Part shown: one piece after another, positions 47,040 to 59,100 of the stretch
How positions within the stretch are numbered: the first letter of the stretch is position 1
Layout: each line of letters opens with the position of its first letter
Source: Macrostomum lignano
Taxonomy: Eukaryota
Reading direction: 5' to 3'
Assembly: GCA_002269645.1 (NCBI GenBank)
Contig: NIVC01003272.1
Coordinates: 1-64,000, forward strand
Length of the DNA stretch: 64,000 nucleotides
Position numbers and translations under genes: made by a program
The notes under the pieces: generated by a model
The model's input: the letters and a program-made list of their open reading frames with translations, nothing else
Told to the model about the DNA's origin: nothing
The model's database searches: none

Positions 47040-48860
47040 TTCTTTCTAGCCCATATTCTCTTCTCTAAAGCCTTACCTTCTTTTCCCTTCAGTATTTCCC
47101 TCCTCTCTAGTCCCACAATGTTTTCCCATTAAATTCTTACCCTTTTATCATAATCTCGCCCTCCTACCTTCTAGCCCCACCTTCCTAGCCTTTAGTCCCA
47201 CTATCCTACCCTCCAGCCCCACCCTCCTTTCCTCTAGCCCCACCCTCCCCTCCAGCTTCCACCCTCTTCTCTTCTCTAGACCCATCCCTTCTCTCTAGCC
47301 CCACCCCTTCCCTCTAGCCCAACCCCTTCTTTCTAGCCCCACCCTCTTCTCTTCTGTAGCCCCACCCCTTTCCTTCTAGCCCCACCCTCCTACCCTCTAG
47401 CCCCGCCCTCCCTTCTAGCTTCTACCCTCTTCTCCCCTCCAGCCCCACCCTCCTACCCCCCAGCCCCACCCTCCTACCCTCTAGCCCCACCCTCCTACCC
47501 TCTAGCCCTGCCCTCCCTTCCAGCTTCCACCCTCTTCTCCCCTTTAGCCCCACCCTCCTACCCTCTAGCCCCACCCTCCTCTCCAGCTTCCAACCTCTTC
47601 TCCCCTCCAACCCCACCTTCCTTCCCTCCAGCTCCACCCTCCTTCCCTCCAGCCCCACCCTCTTCTCTTCTGTAGCCCCACCCCTTTCCCTCCAGCCCCA
47701 CTCTCCTTCCCTCTAGCCCCGCCCTCCCTTCCAGCTTCCACCCTCTTCTCCCCTCCAGCCCCACCCTCCTACCCTCCAGCCCCACCCTCCTACCCTCCAG
47801 CCCCACCCTCCTACCCTCTAGCCCCACCCTCCCAGTTTCCAACCTCTTCTCCCCTCCAGCCTCACCTTCCTCCTCTCCAGCCCCACCCTCCTTTCCTCCA
47901 GCCCCACCCTCCTACCCTACTGCCTCACCCTCTCCTCCAGCTTTTACCCTCTTCTCTTCTGTGCCCCACCCCCTTCCTTCCAGCCCCACACTCCTACCCT
48001 CTAGCCCCACCCTCCCAGTTTCCAACCTCTTCTCCCCTCCAGCCTCACCCTCCTCCCCTCCAGCCTCACCCTCCTTCCCTCTAGCCCCACCCTCTTCTCT
48101 TCTGTAGCCCCACCCCTTTCCCTCCAGCCCCACTCTCCTTCCCTCTAGCCCCGCCCTCCCTTCCAGCTTCCACCCTCTTCTCCCCTCCAGCCCCACACTC
48201 CTACCCTCTAGCTCCACCCTCCCATCCAGTTTCCAACCTCTTCTCCCCTCCAGCCTCACCCTCTTTTCCCCTCCAGCCCCACCTCCCTTCCCTCCAGCCC
48301 CACCTCCCTTCCCTCCAGCCCCACCTCCCTTCCCTCCAGCGCCACCCTCCTACCCTACTGCCTCACCCTCTTCTCTTCTGTAGCCCCACCCCCTTCCTTC
48401 TAGCCCTACCCTCCTTGCCTTCAGTCCTACCCTCCTTCCCTGCAGCCTCACCCTCTTCTCTCCGTTAGCCTCATCCTCCTCTCTAGCCCTCACCCTTTCT
48501 CCTCTCTAACATCACCCTTTCTCCTCCAACCTCGTCCTCCTACCCTCTAGCCTCTACTCTCTTCTTTCCTTCAATACCCCCTCGTCCCCTCTAGCCCTAC
48601 TATGTCCTCCAGTTGAATCCTCACCCTTTTCTCCCCACAAACCTACCCTCTCCTTCCTTCCAGCCCCTATCCTTCTCTCCAGGACCTACCCTTGTTCTCT
48701 TTCAGCCTCGCTCTCATGTCCCCTCCAGCTCCACCCCCTTCTTCCCCCAGCCCCACTCTCTCCTCTTCAGCCGCATCCTCTCCTCCCCTCCAGCCTCACC
48801 CTCTCCTACCCCAGCCTCAACCTCTTCGCCCCTCCAGCCCCACCCTATTTTTTTATTCAG
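47040..48860. repeat. ~1.8-kb polypyrimidine satellite (CTCYAGCCCCACCCTCCTACC-type units)
   Basis: Almost pure C/T on the plus strand; 21-24-bp degenerate units. Confidence 0.95.
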
Positions 48861-48959
48861 CCTCACCCTTCTCGTAGCTCTGCTAATAAAATTTAATTAT
48901 CCTTTTCAGAAGTGAAAAAGAATATTTCTCTTTTCTCTCTTCAGAATGTCCTCGCACCG

Positions 48960-49815
48960 GTCTAGAGGTCATACCACGTGCCGGAGCGACTGGTCGCAGC
49001 AACCATAACTCTCTTCTAGGAGACCCTGGCCGCCGTGGTGACACCTGACGGACTATCCGACCTGTTCAACACGACCTCAGGGATGCTGCAAGGCGACACG
49101 CTTGCGTCCTACCTTTTCGTGTTGGTGCTCGATGGGGTGCTACGTAGGGCCCTGCCAACAGACGAGGACGGCTTCCTACTGTGCCGGCAAACAAGCAGCC
49201 GCCAATCGGAGAAGCGGCTGTCACTCATGGGGTCATGGGTTACGCCGACGACCTGGCGCTGCCCGCCTCTATGGCTGAGGGAGCCCAGCGCATGCTAGAC
49301 AGCCTGGTTGGTGGCAGCTGCGGCATCGGTCGGGCTAGCGGTGAGCATCGAGAAGACGGAGGTGATGACTGTACCTGCGGAGCTGCCTATCAAAATCACC
49401 TGCTGGGACACCCAACGGTCATGCAGCAGCTCTACCTCGCTGCGCGTGCTTCACGTACCCCGGCGATCTTGTGCCCAGTGTCCAGGAGGACTTGGCGCGA
49501 CGCAGGGGCCTGGCCTGGGCGGCCTTCCGCTCCATCCGAGTCGTCCTGCAGAACGCCGCGCTGCCAGACCGCTGCGATCACCTAGCGAGACCCTCCGCAG
49601 GCGAAGACATCAGCTGGCGGGCCACACCATCCACGCGGAGGCCTACTGTTCTCAACCAGTGCAAGACGTCCTGCTGCTCACGATGCAGGGCCCCTGGCGC
49701 CGGGGCTACGGCCGGGCGAGTCGCGTCGCGGATTGCCTGTTGGATGGCGCTGGGGTGATTGGCCAGGCGCACGCTGTTGCCGCCTTTAGAGAGCTCACAC
49801 TGAGAGAACTGATCT
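48960..49815 (+). mobile_element. RTE-clade non-LTR retrotransposon, 5'-truncated RT fragment
   Basis: AVVTPDGLSDLFNTTSGMLQGDTLASYLFVLVLD..GYADDLAL..GLAVSIEKTEVM; frameshifted and internally deleted. Confidence 0.88.
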
Positions 49816-50394
49816 GACACCGCCTCCCATTGTGAACTGTTACTTTTAACTCAACAATACTGGGTGTGCCTTGTTATTATTTTCTCTTCAAAATAATTTG
49901 CCTAGCTGCGAACTGTGATGGTGCATATCGCGTACTCGCAATTCAATAGCTTATACTTATTACTGTTTTACTTATTGCTTTCCGATGTCAATGCTATTTA
50001 TTGCGTGTAATATTATCGCAAAATTCAAGTTCGGGCGTCATTATTTAGCTACTGCCGGTGTTCTGCATTACAATTATTATAGTACTTCGTATCTACTGAC
50101 GTAACATTGTACCAAAAATTTTAGATTGCGTCTTGCGTGGCGCCAAAACCAATCTTGTTGAATGCTACTAGCGTAATAGCCGTTTGAATCGCTTGAAATA
50201 CATTGTAATGCCATGCTGTATTGCTTTTGACGATCTAAATGACACTGGCTAGACTTCACTGATCCATATGCTCCTCAAGCAAGGTATATGGAAAGCAGAT
50301 TGAGCAGCAAACTTAGTGTTTGATTGATAGAGATTTTGTATAGTTGGATCTTTGGATCACGGATAAAACCAAGGAATCTAGATCTGGAGGCATG

Positions 50395-51090
50395 CGGGGG
50401 GAACGGCGGAAAGCAGCAGAGCTGTTGGGGAGAGCAGCGGAAAGCAGCGTAGCTGTTGGGGGGAGCGGCGGAAAGCAGCAGAGCTGTTGGGGAGAGCGGC
50501 GGAAAGCAGCGTAGCTGTTGGGGAGAGCGGCGGAAAGCAGCGTAGCTGTTGGGGGAGCGGCGGAAAGCAGCAGAGCTGTTGGGGAGAGCGGCGGAAAGCA
50601 GCGTAGCTGTTGGGGGAGCGGCGGAATGTAACGGAGCTGTGGGGAGCTGCGGAAAGCAGCGGAGCTGTTAGGGAGAGCGGCGGAATGCAACGGAGCTGTG
50701 GGGGAGCTGCGGAAAGCAGCGGAGCTGTTGGGGAGAGCGGCGGAAAGCAGCGGAGCTGTGGGGGAGCGGTGGAATGCAGCGGAGCTGTGGGGGAGCTGCG
50801 GAAAGCAGCGGAGCTGTTGGGGAGAGCGGCGGAATGCAACGGAGCTGTGGGGGAGCTGCAGAAAGCAGCGGAGCTGTTGGGGAGAGCGGCGGAATGCAGC
50901 GGAGCTGTGGGGGAGCTGCGGAATGCAGCGGAGCTGTTGGGGAGAGCGGCGGAATGCAGCGGAGCTGTGGGGGAGCTGCGGAATGCAGCGGAGCTGTTGG
51001 GGAGAGCGGCGGAATGCAGCGGAGCTGTGGGGGAGCTGCGGAATGCAGCGGAGCTGTTGGGGAGAGCGGCGGAATGCAACGGAGCTGTTG
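50395..51090. repeat. GC-rich 29-30-bp minisatellite with 60-bp dimeric higher-order unit
   Basis: GGGGAGCKGCGGAAWGCAGCGGAGCTGTK units; the 60-bp blocks at 50881, 50941 and 51001 are identical. Confidence 0.95.
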
Positions 51091-51321
51091 GTTTGATAAC
51101 AGCTGACGAGGCTGACAGGCTTATTTGCATAGAGCGATGCTATGAGAATGAATTCAGTCAGTCAGTTTAAGGCAGAAAGCTGGCTCTCTGTCTCTGCCTA
51201 CCCTTCAACTGAATCGAGTGAATTCGCAGTGCCTGAAGTGCCCGAAGTTGGTTCTACATGTACGTATATATATTGTTTTGGCAAACTGGATTACAAAAAG
51301 GTACGGCTCATATATTACAGT

Positions 51322-53283
51322 ATACTATACATGTATTTGAGTGGCGAAAGGGTGACGGTTTAAATGTTGCTAGGGCTACGTGTATGAGATTCGGCCGGTG
51401 CTCTACTACCTTGAATTCATGCCCGTAAGGCTCAGCCTCCGTTCATTTACTAATTATTTAATGTCGCGAGAGGGGACTATCAGTCCCCAACATCCTGCAT
51501 GGTATTTAGGGGGCCTAGGGTCTTGGCCTTTGGGGCCTTCGACAAGTGACTGCCGCAATTTGACTGGGGACTATTGAACTCTAAACATTGGCACCTCAAG
51601 ATTAGAGCGGCGGCACTCGAACCAAAATAATGTTGAAGGACTACAGAATACATGTATATCATAGAATAGAGAGAAGCTAGTTCATTTAGACATTTTTTAA
51701 TCGCAATCCCCAATTTTCATTTTTATTTTCATTTCAAAATCTCAATCCCCGATTGTTAATTCCCTTATATCCCTGATTCCTAATGTTGAAATTTGAATCC
51801 AGCTTGTTGATATCCCTCAGAGGGGAATGATGAGGGGATGCTTCTGAGGACCGAGTTGCTGCATGCTTTAGCTATATACAACTAAATATGATCCTGTTTT
51901 AGGAGTAGAGTAGAAATATGTGAGAGCAGAGAAGAAGACAGAAAATAGTAGGGGAAGTTTAGGGGATATAGGGCATCGGCAACTTTTACGAGAAACTTGT
52001 AAGACTGGTCGGGTCAGGTATGATATTCTTAAGTTGAATATGACGTAAGTTGGAACTGGGGCACCTTTTACGAAATGTTTGAAAAGCTGCCATGCAGCTA
52101 CATGTATACGAGATCATAGAACAGAGAGAAGCTATAGCTCATTTAGCCCAACCTCAAGAGCCAGAATTCCGAGTGGCAGTCGAAAAATTCCGCCCAGCCA
52201 CTGAGACCATCAGTTCTGCGGCGCGCCAAGGGAGCCGACAAAATGATGATCATCGCATGCTACGATAGTTTTGGAATTATTCTCATCCACCGCATTTCTG
52301 AGGGCCAAAACATCAACCAAAAGTTTTATCGGAGCTTCATAACCCACCATCTTCGGCCTGCCCTGCGCAACAAGCGGTCACACAGACCCTGGAACTTGGT
52401 CCACTCCTTCCGCACGACAATGCCAGTTCGCACACAGCCCGCATTGTGCAAGACCTACTGCGGGACTACCGTGGGAGGTGCTGCCTCATCCTACTTACTC
52501 CCCAGACCTCACGTACAGTCCCTGCGATTTCAGCCTTTCCCAAAGCTTAAGAACCAGCTTCAAGGGTATTCAAGGGAACCAGCATCCAGGCAGCGAGATC
52601 GGCCGCATTGCAAAAGACCTGTGCGAATCTGGCGCTGCTGACGGCGTCCACAAGTTGCCTGGCTGCTGGTAGCGCACGATTCAAACCAACGGAAGTTATA
52701 TTGAAGGTTTTTGAGCTGTTCACTGTTCTGACACTCGTTTGTTGAAAATAAATAAGTGTTTAATGAAACTTTTGAGATGACCCTCGGCATAGATGGAAGA
52801 ATATCTTAAATGCCCTCAAGCTATATGTACACATTCAGAAGTTACGTGCTCTTTTAGCATGGTACATGTAATAGATACTGTACATGTATAACATTGATAC
52901 ATTTGAGTGTAAGATGCGTTACATGTACGTAGCTACATGTATATATACAGCATGTTTTCTGTAGTCCTTCAACATTATTTTGGTTCGAGTGCCGCCGCTC
53001 TAATCTTGAGGTGCCAATGTTTAGAGTTCAATAGTCCCCAGTCAAATTGCGGCAGTCACTTGTCGAAGGCCCCAAAGGCCAAGACCCTAGGCCCCCTAAA
53101 TACCATGCAGGATGTTGGGGACTGAGAGTCCCCTCTCGCGACATTAAATAATTAGTAAATGAACGGAGGCTGAGCCTTACGGGCATGAATTCAAGGTAGT
53201 AGAGCACCGGCCGAATCTCATACACGTAGCCCTAGCAACATTTAAACCGTCACCCATTCGCCACTCAAATACATGTATAGTAT
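51322..53283. mobile_element. Pair of near-identical ~335-bp inverted copies (51322-51655 and 52945-53283): long TIRs or two insertions of one element
   Basis: ORFs 51380-51577 and 53028-53225 differ by one residue; arms are bounded by TACATGTA palindromes. Confidence 0.8.
52105..52786 (+). mobile_element. mariner deletion derivative (transposase C-terminal half)
   Basis: KMMIIACYD..GII..HDNASSH..PHPTYSPDL..PCDF..GSYIEG; right TIR reads CGAGGGTCATCTCAAAAG on the minus strand; left end TA-CGAG. Confidence 0.85.
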
Positions 53284-55882
53284 CTGTCTTCTGTCTCTAT
53301 ATCTATCTATCTATCTATCTATTATATACTAAAGTTGACGCGTTGTTTGTCTGTCTGTCTGTGTGTCTGTCTGTCATTTCGACAACTCCTCCTTGAATAG
53401 TGGCAACTCAGCGTTGAAACTTATATGGGAAGATTGGAAATTATCCGAGGTCGGCTATAGGCTATTTTAATTCTGAAATTTTAATTTCTAAGATCCTCAA
53501 AAATCTTAATACTAAAAGTGGTGCGTTGTTTGTCTGTATGTATGTCAGTTCGATAACTCCTCCTAGAATACTTGCAACTCAGCGTTGAAACTTATATGGG
53601 AAAACTGCAAATTTTCCGAGGATGGCTTTAGGCTATTTTAATCTTTCATTTTTAAATTTTTAGATCCCTAAAAAAGCAGGAAGCAGCAATTCTGACCTTT
53701 GATAATCTTATTTGTCCCCTCTTTCTGCTCGGAGCTGAAAATTGGCATAAATTTTGAGTGATTACGCCACAACTTTTTCCTATGTCGCCAGTGCATTTTC
53801 TCTCCTGTGGGGGAATGGGCGCGTTCTCATTGGCGGCGTGTGTACAATCGGACCCTGGCTCACTGGCTGACTTTATTTTAACAGGAAGCCCTGTGTATTT
53901 TTTGCACAGTGAAATTCAGTGCATTTTAATGCATAAACTTGCGAGCATCTTTAGCAGGCAGTGAACGTACACTCGATATTTCAATGCTTAAAATCAGAAA
54001 GTTTCAAACACTAACTGTTGCTCGAGTTTTGAACTTAGAGAGGAGAGACTTATATTGCTGGAAAGATCTTGCTGCGATGAGTTCGGGGATATAAGTTTTT
54101 TGCTTTAAATATGAAAATTAAATTCACAGCATTCAAGAAAAGATTTTCATACTTTTAGCTTTCTGCAAAGATTTTGCTCATTTTGGAGTTCAATGGGGTT
54201 CGACCGACCCCCCCCAATAGTTGGTAGGGGGTTCAATTTCTAGCTGCACTGCGTATTGGAAGGGGGTCGGTTGCTGTGTATTGGAGGGCTGATTTAGATT
54301 GCGCAATCTTTTTGTTAACTTTAACCGACGCTGATACTGACTGCCTGAGAAATAAGTTGCGCAATTTAATTGGTTCAATGTTTTTACGGAGCCTTTCAAC
54401 ACGCAGCTGTGTGTAGCTCTAACCCTAACCCTAACCAATGAATTCTGAGAGCTGGGCTGTTTGACGTAGAAATTTCGATTTAGTCCAGTTTCACGGAGAG
54501 GATTTCTATTTCGCGGAGAATATTTCGATGGTGTTCAGTTTCACGGAGAGGATTTCGATAGTGTTCAGTTTCACGGAGACGATTTCTGTTGCGCGGAGAG
54601 GTGTTGGAAAATGGGATTCCGCTGATGGAGTTCAGGGAATGGAATTCCGCTGATTGGAGTTCTTCCCCTTTCTTCTCCGAAGGAGGAGTTGGCCTCGTAT
54701 ATACTAAAGTTGACGCGTTGTTTGTCTGTCTGTCTGTCTGTCTGTGTGTCTGTCATTTCGACAACTCCTCCTTGAATAGTGGCAACTCAGCGTTGAAACT
54801 TATATGGGAAGATTGGAAATTATCCGAGGTCGGCTATAGGCTATTTTAATTCTGAAATTTTAATTTCTAAGATCCTCAAAAAAGCAGAAAACTTGAATCT
54901 TGACCTTTGATAATCTTAATTGTCCCCTCTTTCTGCTTGGAGCTGAAAAATGCATGAATTTTTAGTGATTGCGCCACAACTTTTCCCTATCTCTGTAGTG
55001 TATTTTCTTTCCAGTGGGGGGTGGGAGCGTTCTCAGTGGCTGCGTGTGTACACTTGGACCCTGGCTCACTGGCTGACTTTATAGATAATTGCGCAATGAT
55101 ATGGCTACTGATAAGTTTTCCTGCCTTTCAATGGGCAGTCCTGTGTATTTGTTGGACATTGAAATTCAATGCATCAACTTGCAAGCAGGCAGTGAACGTA
55201 CACTCGATACTTCAATGCTATAAATCAGACAGTTTCAAACGCTAACTGTTCCTCGAGTTTTAAACTTTGAGAGGAGAAACTTATATTGCTGGCAAGATCT
55301 TGCAACGCTGAGTTCGGGGATATAAGTTGTTTGCTTTAAATATGAAAAGAAAAAGCACAGCATTTGAAAAACTATTTCCATACTTTTAACTTTCTGCAAA
55401 GATTGTACTTTAATCTGCAAAGATTGTTGGGGGAGGGTTCAACTTCTCACTGCTGCTGTGTATTGGAGGGTTGATTTAGATTGCGCAATGTTTTTGTTAA
55501 CTTTACCTGAGGCTGATACTGACTGACTGTGAAATCGGTTGCGCAATGAATTGATTCAATTAGTTCAATATTTTTATCTGTGCCTTTTAACACGAAGCTG
55601 TGCGTAGTTCTAACCCTAACCTTAACCCTAACCAATGAATCCGGAGAGTTGAGTTGTTTGACGGAAAAAAATTCGATTGAGTCCAGTTTAGCGGAGACGA
55701 TTTCAATGTTTTAATTTTGACGGAGAGGATTTCTGTTTCGTGGAGAGGATTTCGATGGTGTTCAGTTTCACGGAGAGGATTTTGATGATGTTCAGCCTCA
55801 CGGAGAGGATTTCTGTTTCGCGGAGATAATTAATGATTGATTTCTGCTTTATGGAGACGATTTTGATGGATTTAAGTTTCAA

Positions 55883-56032
55883 GGAGAGGATTTCGAAGGA
55901 GTCCAGTTTCACGGAGAGGATTTCGAAGGAGTCCAGTTTCACGGAGAGGATTTCGAAGGAGTCCAGTTTCACGGAGAGGATTTCGAAGGAGTCCAGTTTC
56001 ACGGAGAGGATTTCGAAGGAGTCCAGTTTCAC
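55883..56032. repeat. Five perfect 30-bp repeats GGAGAGGATTTCGAAGGAGTCCAGTTTCAC (degenerate versions in every unit)
   Basis: Period 30; related arrays at 54480-54600, 58220-58600, 61380-61510, 63700-63980. Confidence 0.95.
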
Positions 56033-56119
56033 GGAGAGGATTTCGATGGTTTTCAGTTGCACGGACAGGATTTCTGCTTCGCGGAGAAGATCTTGATAGA
56101 TTTGGCATCTTCAATCAGT

Positions 56120-59100
56120 CAGAGAAGAGAGTAAAGAGAAGAATGAAAAGAGAAGAGAGATGAGATGAGATGGTAGAAAACAGAGTAGAAATGAGACGAG
56201 AGATTAGACATGACAGATGGGAGAGAAGAGGTGAGTAAGGCGGGAACGAAGGAGAGAGAAGAGAAGAGAAGAGAGGAGACGAGAGGAGAGATATGAGATA
56301 GCAGAGGGAGACAAGAGAGATGATAGGAGAGAGAATAGAGATGAGGGATAAGAGCGTACAGAGGTAATAGAAAAGAGGGGAGAGTAGAGGAGAAAGAAGG
56401 AGTGAGATAAGGGATGAGAGATGAGAGAGGAGGGGAGAGAGAAGAGAGGAGAAAGAGGGGAGAAATGAGACAGGAGAGAGTAGAGACGAAAGACCAGGGA
56501 GAAAATATAAATAAGGTAGTATAGATGAGAGGCGAGAGAGAAGAGAGAGAAGCGAGAGGAGAAGAGAGAGAGAGAGGAGAGAGGAAAGAGATGAAAGATC
56601 AGAGATAAGAGAGTTAAGAGAAGGAAAGTAGTGAGGAGAGGAGAGATAAGAGAATGGAGAGGATAGAAAAGAGAGAAGAGAAGAGACAGGGGATAGTGGT
56701 AAGGAGGAAAGAAAGATGGGAGACAAGAAAGTAGAGTGTGAGAGCGTATATGAGATATGAGAAATGAGAAGCAGATAGGAGAGAAAAGAGAAGAGAGAGA
56801 GGGTTAAGAGAGACGATAGATAAGTAAGGAGAGATGACATATGAGAGAGGAGAGAAGAGGGAGAGATAAGAGTGAAGAGAGGAGACAGAAGACAGGAGAA
56901 GGTACAGACGAAAGACGAGGGAGAAGAGATAAATAAGGGAGCAGGGGTAGAGATGAGATGAGAGAGAGGAGAGAGGAGATATGAGAGACTTGAGAGTCTT
57001 TGAGCTATGGTCTTTGAAAGATTTTGTAAAGAATTTGGAGACGATTTGAAAGATAGGGTTAAAGACATGGAATTTCAGTTGATGGATATTTCAGGGAATA
57101 GAATTCCAGTGATGGGAGTTTTTCCCCTTTCTCCTCCGAAGGAGGAGTTCCACTCGTATATACTAAAGTTGACGCGTTGTTTGTCTGTCTGTCTGTGTGT
57201 CTGTCTGTCATTTCGACAACTCCTCCTTGAATAGTGGCAACTCAGCGTTGAAACTTATATGGGAAGATTGGAAATTATCCGAGGTCGGCTATAGGCTATT
57301 TTAATTCTGAAATTTTAATTTCTAAAATCCTCAAAAAAGCAGAAAACGGCGGTCTTGACCTTTGATAATCTTAATTGTCCCCTCTTTCTGCTTGGAGCTG
57401 AAAATTTGCATGAATTTCAAGTGATTGCGCCACAACTTTTCCCTATCTCTGCAGTGTATTTTCTCTCCAGTGGGGGGATGGGGCGTTCTAAATGGCTGCC
57501 TGTGTACAATCGGACCCTGGCTCACTGGCTGACTGTATAGACAATTGCGCAAAGATTTGTGTTCTAATTTTCAATAGGCAGCCCTGTGATTTTGTTGAAC
57601 GTTGAAATTCAATGCATAAACTTGCGGGCCTCTTTAGCAGGCAGTGAACGTACAATCGATATTTCAATGCTTTAAATCAGAAAGTTTCAAACGCAAACTG
57701 TTGCTCGAGTTTTTAACTTTGAGAGAAAAAATTTATATTGCTGGAAAGAACTTGCAAAGCTGATTTCAGGGATATAAATTGTTTGCTTCAAATATGAAAA
57801 CTAAAAGCTCTGCATTGCAAAAACTATTTCCATACTTTAAACTTTCTGCAAAGATTGTACTCATTTTGGCGAGAGGTGAGAGATAAAGTTGGGGGTTTCG
57901 ACTTCCAACTGGCGCTGTGTATAGGAAGGGGGTCAGTTGCTTTGTATTGGAGGGTTGATTTAGATTGCGCAATGTTTTTGTTAACTTTAACTGAGACTGA
58001 TACTGACTGACTGTGAAATCGGTTGCGCAATGAATTGATTCAATTAGTTCAATAGTTTATCAGTGCCTTTTAACACGAAGCTGTGCGTAGTTCTAACCCT
58101 AACCCTAACCCTAACCCTAACCAATGAATCCGGAGAGTTGAGTTGTTTGACGGAAAAAATTGATTGAGTCCAGTTTAGCGGAGACGATTTCAATGTTTTA
58201 ATTTTGACAAAGAGGATTTCTGTTTCGTGGAGAGGATTTCGATGGTGCTCAGTTTCACGGAGAGGATTTTGATGATGTTCAGCTTCACGGAGAGGATTTC
58301 TGTTTCGCGGAGTTAAATTTATGATTGATTTCTGCTTTATGGAGACGATTTTGATAGATTTAAGTTTCAAGGAGAGGATTTCGAAGGTGTTCAGTTTCAC
58401 GGAGAGGATTTCGAAGGTGTTCAGTTTCACGGAGAGGATTTCGATGATGTTCAGCTTCACGGAGAGGATTTCTGTTTCGCGGAGATAATTTATGATTGAT
58501 TTCTGTTTTATGGAGACGATTTTGATGGATTTAAGTTTCAAGGAGAGGATTTCGAAGGAGTCCAGTTTCACGGAGAGGATTTCGATGGTTTTCAGTTGCA
58601 CGGACAGGATTTCTGCTTCGCGGAGAGGATCTTGATGGATTTGGCATCTTCAATCAGTCAGAGAAGAGAGTAAAGAGAAGAATGAAAAGAGAAGAGAGAT
58701 GAGATGATAGAAAACAGAGTAGAAATGAGTGGAGAGATTAGACATGACAGATGGGAGAGAAGAGGAAAGGATGAAGGGATGAAGGGAGAGGATATGAGAG
58801 AGGAGATATGAGATTGCAGAGAGGAGACAGGATGGAGAAGAAAGGAGGGACAAGAGCGTACAGAGGCAATAGAAGAGAGGAAAGAGAGGAGAGAGGTGAG
58901 AGGTGAGAGGAGAGAGATGAAAGATCAGAGATCAGAGATTTAAGAGAAGAAAGTAGTGAGGAGAAAGAAGAGGGTAAAGATGAGAGTGCAGAGAGGAGAG
59001 AAACGAGAGGAGACAGGTGGTAGAAAGGAGTGTAAAAACAGCAGATAAGAAAGGGGAGGGTGAGAGTGAGAGCATATAGGAAAGTGTAAAAGGGGAGCAG

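Noticed and set aside
47422-51170. GLEGRRV-repeat and AAELLG/TAPLHS-repeat ORFs
   Set aside because: Products of minisatellites with no unique flanking domain or splice support.
57007-57234. Recurring protein-like ORF MVFERFCKEFGDDL.. (also 59753 and 62551)
   Set aside because: Spans the 3' hairpin and unit junction, is disrupted in other units, and has no recognisable domain.
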